Both the position numbers and the translations under genes were made by a program. Below, in pieces: positions 1 to 7,582 of a stretch of 9,429 bases of DNA. The notes beneath the pieces are model-generated. The model did no database searches, was not told the origin of the DNA, and saw only the letters and a program-made list of their open reading frames with translations. The stretch is from Amoeboradix gromovi X-113. Its lineage: Eukaryota > Fungi > Sanchytriomycota. The stretch's first letter is position 1. Each line of letters starts with the position of its first letter. The stretch spans positions 1-9,429 of the forward strand of contig JADGIF010000393.1 of NCBI GenBank assembly GCA_018985225.1. Reading direction: 5' to 3'.

Positions 1-80
1 AATAATGTAGGCAAGAACATGCTCAATGGTATCTCCCCAAGTTGTCTACACTTGAGAAGTGTGGGGTTTGAAATCTTCAT
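1..80 (-). CDS. Possible start of a gene running off the left edge (MKISNPTLLKCRQLGEIPLSMFLPTL...)
   Basis: ATG at 80 in an A-rich context (AAAATCATG), 73 nt after the EF-G stop, with the frame open to position 1. No motif recognised; it could equally be UTR or the end of a + strand gene. Confidence 0.15.
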   Translation of the reverse strand, partial: MKISNPTLLKCRQLGEIPLSMFLPTL

Positions 81-153
81 GATTTTCGAATTCTTCACAT
101 TTAACGTAGGCGCTGCAAGCGCAACAAGTAAATTCAGTAAATTTACATATTAT

Positions 154-2238
154 TTATTTGCCTCTCTCTTCGATATACTTTTCAATCAACTCCTTTTTAA
201 CTTGGCCATTAGCAGGATCATGTCTACCATATTCCATTGTAAATTCTCCCTTCCCTTGAGTACAACTCCTCAGGTCACTCGCAAACCCAAACATATTATT
301 TAATGGTACATTTGCGTCAATTACTACATTTAAATGCAGTGATTCAGTATCCAAGATTGTACCCATTCTTCTGTTCAATAGAGATATGCAGTTGCCTTGA
401 AATTCATTGGGTACCTCAATCTGTACCTTCATTATCGGCTCTAGCACTAAAGGCTTTGCTTGCTCATAAACTTGTCTGAATGCATGCAATACTGCCGATT
501 TGAATGCCAGTTCGTTTGAATCCACGGAATGCGCTTGACCATCGGTTAACACAATTCGAATATTTTGCACTGGATGCCCTGTTAAAGTACCTGATTTTAT
601 TGCTTCCAAGAAACCCTTTTCACATGCGGGGATGTACTGCGTAGGAATATTACCGCCTATCACCTCGCTAACAAACTCCACTTTGCTGTTTGGCTCATTG
701 AATGGTTCAATGTATCCATATACTTTGGCATATTGTCCACTACCACCACTTTGCTTCTTATGAGTGTACTGGAACTCAGATCTACACGATATAGTCTCTC
801 TAAATGCCACTTTAGGTTTACCGACAATGCACTCTACACCGTATTCTCTTTTCATTCGTTCTACATAAATCTCCAAATGAAGTTCTCCCATGCCAGATAT
901 GATGGTTTGCTTTGATTCGCTATCGAATGATACAGAAAATGTAGGATCTTCTCGTTGAAATCGATTCAGAGCCTTTGCAAATTTAGAGTCACGCTGCTTT
1001 GGTTCTATAGACAAAGATATTACGGGATCGGGTACGAACATAGAGGATAAAGCTAAGTCAACATTTCCATCGGTAAACGTATCACCACTAGCGCAGTCTA
1101 CACCAAAAACAGCACAGATATCACCTGCCTCGACCTTGCCGATATCTTCCATTTTATTGCTATGCATCTTAACTAGCCGAGGAACTTTAATGCGCTTATT
1201 GCTTCTCATGTTGAATATGTTCATTCCTTTTGAAAGAGTGCCTTGATATACGCGAATATACGTCAACTGGCCATGAACTCCCTCCTCCAGCTTAAATGCT
1301 AAGCCAACAAAAGGGATCGAGGAATCAGTCTTTAAGAGTACTTTGGCTTCATTGTTCTTAATATCCAGGGCATAGTTATCCTTTTCGAGCGGCGCAGGAA
1401 GGAAATCCTGAATTCCATCTAATAGCGATTGAACACCTTTATTTTTATAAGCAGAGCCCATGAAAACCGGTATAAATTGTCTGGATACAACACCCTTACG
1501 CACAGCATTATGTATTTCAATATCTTTAGGCATCTCGTCATTCAAAAATCTATCACCGATTACTTCATCGACATCAGCCAAGGCTTCAATTAATATTTGT
1601 CTTTGTGCAGTAGCTTTTTCTAAATATTCCTCAGGTATGTCTGTTTTTAATACATCAATACCCTTGGCGCCATTAAAGTAAATAGCCTTGAGGTTAATTA
1701 AATCAATGACCCCTATATGGTCATCTTCTAATCCAATAGGAATCTGAACAGCAGCGACAGGTAGACCCAGCTTGTCTTTAATCTGTTGAATAATTTGTAG
1801 CGGTTTAGCACCTTGGCGATCGCACTTATTGATGAAGACAAGACGTGGAATATCATAGCGATTCATTTGACGATTAACGGTCAAAGTTTGGGACTGAACA
1901 CCACCAACAGCACAAACAACTAAAACCGCGCCATCTAAGACTCGCAGAGCACGCTCAACTTCAACAGTAAAGTCAACATGGCCAGGTGTGTCAATTATGT
2001 TTATGTCACAATCCTTCCATTGAACGAAAGTAGCGGCGGATTGAATAGTAATACCCTTCTCGCGTTCCAACTGCATACTGTCCATTGTTGCTGCACCCTG
2101 ATGGACTTCTTTGATTTCGTTGATTCTTCCAGTGTAGAATAAAATCCGCTCTGTAAGAGTAGTCTTACCAGAGTCAATATGTGCACTAATACCTATGTTT
2201 CTTAATTTTGATAATTGTAAATGAAGCCTGGATAGCAT
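154..2238 (-). CDS. MEF1: Mitochondrial translation elongation factor G1 (mtEF-G1), 694 aa, intronless
   Basis: Full set of EF-G motifs: RNIGISAHIDSGKTT (G1, with the S-AHIDS variant typical of mtEF-G1), EREKGITIQSAAT (G2), NIIDTPGHVDF (G3), INKCD (G4), GSAYKNKGVQ (G5), SGMGELHLEIY (domain III), HKKQSGGSGQY and AHSVDSNELAF (domain IV), LEPIMKV...LRSCTQGKGEFTMEY (domain V). The N-terminus MLSRLHLQLSK resembles a short mitochondrial presequence. No in-frame ATG lies upstream before a TGA stop. Confidence 0.96.
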   Translation of the reverse strand: MLSRLHLQLSKLRNIGISAHIDSGKTTLTERILFYTGRINEIKEVHQGAATMDSMQLEREKGITIQSAATFVQWKDCDINIIDTPGHVDFTVEVERALRVLDGAVLVVCAVGGVQSQTLTVNRQMNRYDIPRLVFINKCDRQGAKPLQIIQQIKDKLGLPVAAVQIPIGLEDDHIGVIDLINLKAIYFNGAKGIDVLKTDIPEEYLEKATAQRQILIEALADVDEVIGDRFLNDEMPKDIEIHNAVRKGVVSRQFIPVFMGSAYKNKGVQSLLDGIQDFLPAPLEKDNYALDIKNNEAKVLLKTDSSIPFVGLAFKLEEGVHGQLTYIRVYQGTLSKGMNIFNMRSNKRIKVPRLVKMHSNKMEDIGKVEAGDICAVFGVDCASGDTFTDGNVDLALSSMFVPDPVISLSIEPKQRDSKFAKALNRFQREDPTFSVSFDSESKQTIISGMGELHLEIYVERMKREYGVECIVGKPKVAFRETISCRSEFQYTHKKQSGGSGQYAKVYGYIEPFNEPNSKVEFVSEVIGGNIPTQYIPACEKGFLEAIKSGTLTGHPVQNIRIVLTDGQAHSVDSNELAFKSAVLHAFRQVYEQAKPLVLEPIMKVQIEVPNEFQGNCISLLNRRMGTILDTESLHLNVVIDANVPLNNMFGFASDLRSCTQGKGEFTMEYGRHDPANGQVKKELIEKYIEERGK

Positions 2239-2474
2239 TAATTGAAATAAAGTGTGAAGGGTATCTCCATGTGCACACGAAACCAGGAGATTTGTTGAGA
2301 ATATTCAAAATGAATCTAAAGCTCACTGTCAGGAGCATGACCATCAATATATGTTCTCCACGGTGTTTCTCACCTGTTTCTTAATGAAATTTAAGTTAAT
2401 GCAGAGTTACTTGGGACCAAGAGAGTTTTGTGATCTTGATAGTTAAAGAAATGGACACCCTAAAGCATTATTCC

Positions 2475-2509
2475 TGTTTTGAACGAAAAACAAATTTTTG
2501 TTCAAGATG
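2475..2509 (+). repeat. Intergenic inverted repeat / hairpin
   Basis: TTGAACGAAAA (2479-2489) pairs with TTTTTGTTCAA (2495-2505), 10 Watson-Crick pairs plus one G-U, around a 5-nt loop. It extends by 4 more pairs (3 of them G-U) if read as + strand RNA. Confidence 0.5.
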
Positions 2510-2604
2510 CCCAGTAGCTACGCTTCCTGGTTTAGCCACAGAATAAACTAGTTACTACCTTTAAAGTTAATAAATTGTCAACGCAAATGATGTTTACTTA
2601 TTTA

Positions 2605-5600
2605 TCAAGACATGTGCACAATCGATGCTTTTCTCTGTGATGTCAGACTACCTTGTCTTTCTTGCTTGGTATAGCTCTTCACGAATGTGTTTATCAAGTT
2701 TCCATGTCCATATTTTATTATTCCTACTTTCATTAATTCCAACAAATGCAAATACTGCTCGAAATGTTTGTTCGTTACAAAGGCTTTTACCCACTCATTT
2801 GCACCGGTCTTCCACTGTCCTTGTATTATGTGTAACAATCCCTTGCAGAATATCAATATCAACTTTGCCAAGGTGTTCTCTGTAAGTTTACCACATAAAT
2901 TAATTACGTGCTTTACATACCTTTCGTAGATTTTATCATTCTCTGGATTGTCATTGATATATTCTAGCATGAAAAGTATCGCCAGCCAGTATCCCCATTT
3001 GGTCATTGGAACCTCCTCTATATATGAACAGCAAAACTCCATCCTGCGTTTTACAGTCTTGATATCATCTGGGTTACACATGATTGTATGATATGGTATT
3101 GCAATTTCAGCAAACTTTGCAGTTATTTTTTGATATGCCTCATCTAGAGACTTTCTTGTTAAATTCTCTGATGTCACTATGGCCGCATCTTTCCCACTTG
3201 TACGTGGAAAAGTGCTAGAAAATAAGCATGAAAAATGAGCCCAAAATGTTGTCTCAGCATCAGTGTCTGGACGAACATATTTATGCAGCGAATTCGCCAG
3301 TATCAAAAAGGCTTCCTTCTCATCTTTGAGGTATTTCATAAGCATGCTGAACATATACGCATCTGATATCCATTTTAAAGTACCTGCACTAACGCATGCT
3401 TTTATGTATCTTCCCGCATATAGATCAGCATTATCAATTTCACCAGCATATGCACACAGATTGCAATGATTTTTCCAAATACTCATCGACGAAGTAGTTC
3501 TTAACTTATTTTGATGTATGGATTCTACAGCCACTCTGGAACCATCGATAGCTTTAATACTACCAGTGTTAATAAATACATTGAATGCCATATTACTGAG
3601 ATATAGCGGATGGTCAGCATCATCGCTGCAGTACTCGCTACTAATGACATACGCCTTTAAATGGCAAAATTCGCTAATTTCAAAATGACGTAGATCTTCA
3701 CTAATTAAAGCATACAGATGCAGAGTCCTACGTATTAATGCCTGCCTCTCGTAAGAATACTTACTTTTGTCAGTTGATATTTCCTTTTCCTCTTTTGTTA
3801 TGAATTTCAAACATTTTTGACGTAACAGCTTCATCCTTATACCCAATACTCCACTGTTTGCGGGTATCTCTACATCTAACTGTATGAGCGCTCTCTTGAT
3901 AAATGTCTCTGCAATTGGTACTTTGTCCACACTCAAGTATGCTTCAGCGGTATTTGCAAGCCATTTGCACTTCTTTTCAGGAGATATTACAACGTTCTTC
4001 TGCTCTAAGAGGACTACCAAGTCCAGCAATAGCAGATAATATGTCAACGCTTCACTCATCAATTTGTGATCAAAAAAGTAGTCCGATACACGTTCTAAGT
4101 AAAATCGTTTCTTTTCGACATGTGCGTCATCTGTTACCGCATAATGCTCATAAATCATTAAAAGTAATCTGTCAATGTTCTTGTCATCCATCTTTTCCTC
4201 AAGATACTTTGCAATACTTAGATGCATCTGTTGCCGATGACTTACGAGCATTGTTGAGTAAATCGATTCTCGAATCACACTATTCTTGAAAGCAAATAAA
4301 TAATTGGTCTCAAGTGTAGCATCCTGGAGGTTAGAATGAAGCATTAAGAAATTATATTTATCCCATTGAGCAATCATCTGAATGATCTCTTTTTGCGGTT
4401 TTTTAAATGGACTGGAGTCATCTTGTTGGCCAATAATCTTACCATCTGTGATAAACAATAGCACATCAATCAAAAAGAACTGGTGACCCAAAAGAGATGC
4501 AATTTTTAAAAATACCTGAAAAACAGGCTCTACTCTGTCAAACTGGCTAACAATCAAAGAATGCATATCGCTACCAGGCATGATAACCTTAACGTCCACA
4601 GCACCGGTCAAATACAATTTTTTGTTCTCTACAAAATAAGCATTTTTTGTTTTTATCGTAATCAGGATACTCTTGGCGAACAATGGATTCCCACCACTGG
4701 TCTCTCTCACCCGCTCTAGAAGTTCAGAATCAACCTCTTTAATAACATCTGTAGTCAATGTACTCCAAGCGTGAACAATAAAATCGCGCATGTCTTCTCT
4801 ATCGAAACCCTTGAGATTTATCTGGAATCCAGATTGTTTGGCAGTTGACCAAAATTTCACTCTTTCGCTCATATACATTTTCTCCGGCCTACTTAACAAA
4901 ACTATTAACAAACGAGGACATGACTTCATCAAATGTAAGCATATATTCCAAGAATGAGGATCCATCCACTGGCATTCATGTATCATTAATAAAATACGAT
5001 TGACATTGGTCAATGTATTCAATAAAACCCCCAGAAACAGAGGCAAATCACGCTGCACTTTCTGACGATGAAGATCGTCTACTGCGAACTCCCCAGGGAA
5101 TATAGTACCCATTATTGAACTCATGTACGCATCCATTGGTTTCCTTTTTTGGGAATTGAATGATTTGGCTAATTGTTCAAATTCTAGCAACCACATTGTA
5201 GAATTATCAAGTAACGAATTTCTATTCACTTTGCTAGTTCTTGTGGATCCCATAGATAACCTTTCTTTCGCGAATTCTTGATTCTGTACATTTGCTAGTA
5301 CCGATTTTGGACTCTTTGGACCCAAAGGCAAATCGTTTGCACTGCTGGCTAGATTCGCTCTCGAAAATATTGTATTGCGGTTTAGAATTGAGAGGGATTG
5401 CGAATTAAGTTGGCTACTAAGATTGGTTTCGTTTGAGGATTTACTGCTTGCCAGGCTATCTTCACTAGTTTTCAGTAATTCTTCCTCGATAATTGGATGA
5501 GTATTATTAATACCACCAACTTTTAAAGCTCCATCAACACCCCATTGTGCAGTATCAAATATTTTTATCAAATCACGCACTATATCTGTAAATACATAAT

Positions 5601-7582
5601 ATGGCTTGTTTCTTTGAGTCTCCAATACAGTAGACTTACTAAGTTAATAAATATTACCAAACCAAATATTCATGTGTTATGCACTCTTCCTCAATTATGC
5701 TACTCATAGTAGTCACTCCTGTGCCTGTGTCTCCTTCCACGGTACAGGTTATGTGAGAATGGCCCATAACTGAATGTTTTCTAATAGCATCTTGTACAAT
5801 CTCCATTTCCTTCTTTCTTCCAATAAACGCTGATTTCTTATTCTCTATAACTATGTCTTTAATTCTTACCGGCCTGTAAACATTAATCGGGTACGATTTA
5901 CCTTTAACCTTTTGGGGTTCCATTCCTTCGAATTCAATGTTATCACAAAGTTCGTGAGTTCTTTCATCACATAGCATGCTGCGATGTGCGCTTTTTAAAA
6001 ACATTAATCTAGCTGCCATGTTTATGGAGTCTCCCATTAAGGCATACTCTGTTCGTAACGAGTTACCAACCCCACCAATACTGATCACACCAGTTGTAAT
6101 GCCCATTGAATAGTGTTCAAATATTTCACTAAATGCTGTGTTGATCTCCAAAGCAGCTCTAATAGCTTGTGAAGCATCGTTTTTATGAGCCAGCGGCGGA
6201 AGTCCAAAAAAAACCAAAATAATTGCGCCTTTATCATCTACATGAAATTGCCTTAAAATTCCTTCATGTCTGCTGATACTAGCTTGGACTACAGTCAACG
6301 ACTTCTGTAACAAAGTGACTATTGATTGAATCAAATTTTGTTTGTCTTGCTCTAACAGCTCGGCGTCAGATTGGGATGACTCTATAACCCTTTCACATTC
6401 TTTGATTTTAAGCTGTATCCTTTCCTTTTCATCATAGCTATTACTCTCTTCAAATCTTTGCTTGAATGTTAACAGATTAGTTCGAGCATTCTTTTCATCC
6501 TCCAATAGCTTAAGAGCATGATTCTCTATCTCCTCCAAAGAGTCTAAAGGAATAGAACTGATTTTTATAAATATGGTAGTGGCTTGGCGAAGCTCATTGA
6601 TGCTCATTAAATGTTGCACACCCTGATGTAGCTGTATAGGACTGCTATTTTGTAAATCGGATTCTAGCTTGTACAAAGCGCTTTGATTAACATATAGCTT
6701 TATGCGCTCATTAAAGTCTTTTGTATATGCTGTGTGATTAATTTCCCACATATTATAAAATTCGTTTTCATCCTCCAAAACCTTTTTAGTTTTAGGAACA
6801 ATAGTCATTCTAGACAAGCCTGTCAATATAACACAGGTTTTATCAAATGACTCCATCTTCAAGCCATTAATTTCAACAACTTCTCCAAAGTACCGAAAAG
6901 CTTTTTGGCTTAGTGCTAGTTGACCAGCTTTGGCAAGATCTAATACCTGGGAGATCTGTTCAATGGCATCACCGATGCAAACGTGTTCCCAGCGTCCAGG
7001 GGCGCCACCAACATGTACATCGAATATCTGACCAGCACCTATACCTAAATGAATTCTCAGTGCTCTTTGCTCAACACCTCCACTCTCGGCCGCAGGAATT
7101 TCAACATTATAAGGGTTTAAAAGATCAAGTAGCTCTAGGCAACATAAACAAGCTTTTAAAACTAATTCACCATATCGCTTTAATTTGTCTTTTTTACTTT
7201 CGTTGTCTTTGTTAGTCGGTGCTTTCCAGTAGAAAATGACAGCGTCACCGACAAATTTAACTATGTCACCGCCATGAATACATATAGTGTGAATTATTTT
7301 GTCTAGGTATTCCTTCATTACTCGAGCCAATATTTCGACTCCCTCTGGACCACGCTCACCCAGTGTGGATGCTAATGAAGAATAGCCACTAACATCACAC
7401 ATAACAATCACAGCAAAGCCTTCAACTGCTCTAGGAATCATTTCAGCTTTATTTTGACAAAACTCAAGAACATGCTTAGACACAAAATTGGGAAGCAGTT
7501 GCTCAAATGGTGTTATATCATCGTATTCTATAGGTGTGAGCTGTATATCTAGATCAATATTAAATTCGTCTGTTTCTGGCAT
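2605..7582 (-). CDS. ADCY10: Soluble adenylyl cyclase-like (ADCY10/sAC-type) class III nucleotide cyclase: C1 + C2 cyclase domains, STAND-type P-loop NTPase (degenerate), winged-helix and TPR-like helical C-terminus; two exons, join(7582..5658, 5638..2605), 1652 aa
   Basis: C1: VMCDVSGYSSL and GGDIVKFVGDAV (both metal-binding Asp). C2: ELRQATTIF, VDDKG..FFGLPP, GITTG..VG..RTEYALMGDSINMAARLM (catalytic Asn/Arg) and VKGK. NTPase: FIGRKKE, Walker A-like GDTGTGVTT, Walker B-like LLMIHECQWMD, GGNPLF, QFDRV..LKIASLLG, FKNSVIRESIYS..RQQMH. The second ORF begins at TTG in the middle of the NTPase domain, so it is not an independent gene. Exons of 1925 + 3034 nt = 4959 nt = 1652 aa + stop, close to human ADCY10 (1610 aa). 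Junction reads ...EYLV-C-KSTVLETQRNKPY. The symbol denotes family membership, not demonstrated orthology. Confidence 0.9.
5639..5657 (-). other. Predicted 19-nt spliceosomal intron (GT-AG, phase 2) in the sAC-like gene
   Basis: Minus strand reads TG|GTAATATTTATTAACTTAG|TAAG. It has a GTAA donor, TATTAAC (one mismatch from the TACTAAC branch consensus) and a TAG acceptor, and is almost pure A/T. Removing it deletes the TAA stop and restores the frame exactly. Confidence 0.8.

Noticed and set aside
154-2238. Bacterial fusA or bacterial contig
   Set aside because: No rpsL/rpsG/tuf context and no RBS; it has mtEF-G1 signatures, a presequence-like start and eukaryotic neighbours (spliced gene, F-box-like gene).
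2457-2500. Telomerase RNA (ACCCTAA plus Sm-like site)
   Set aside because: Only about one telomeric repeat unit is present, not the ~1.5 expected for a template, and the Sm-like site lies in a stem.
2605-5625. 1006-aa ORF as a stand-alone gene in a bacterial-style two-gene operon
   Set aside because: It starts at TTG with no Shine-Dalgarno sequence, begins mid-NTPase domain (Walker A is in the upstream ORF), and joins the upstream ORF cleanly through a GT-AG intron.
5626-5660. Pseudogene, single-indel assembly error or programmed frameshift as the cause of the break
   Set aside because: Both halves are long and uninterrupted with catalytic residues intact, there is no X XXY YYZ slippery heptamer before the stop, and complete splice signals coincide with the break. 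An assembly error still needs read-level exclusion.
5635-5662. Alternative 28-nt intron GTTTGG...TTAGTAAG
   Set aside because: It also restores the frame, but has a weaker donor (GTTTGG), an AAG acceptor, and skips the first AG after the branch-like motif. Less likely, but not excluded without cDNA.
19-7215. Small ORFs 19-303, 733-915, 1460-1681, 2001-2186, 2625-2885, 2687-2929, 3263-3469, 3903-4289, 6913-7215
   Set aside because: They are antisense or alternate-frame shadows overlapping the EF-G and cyclase genes, with no recognisable motifs.
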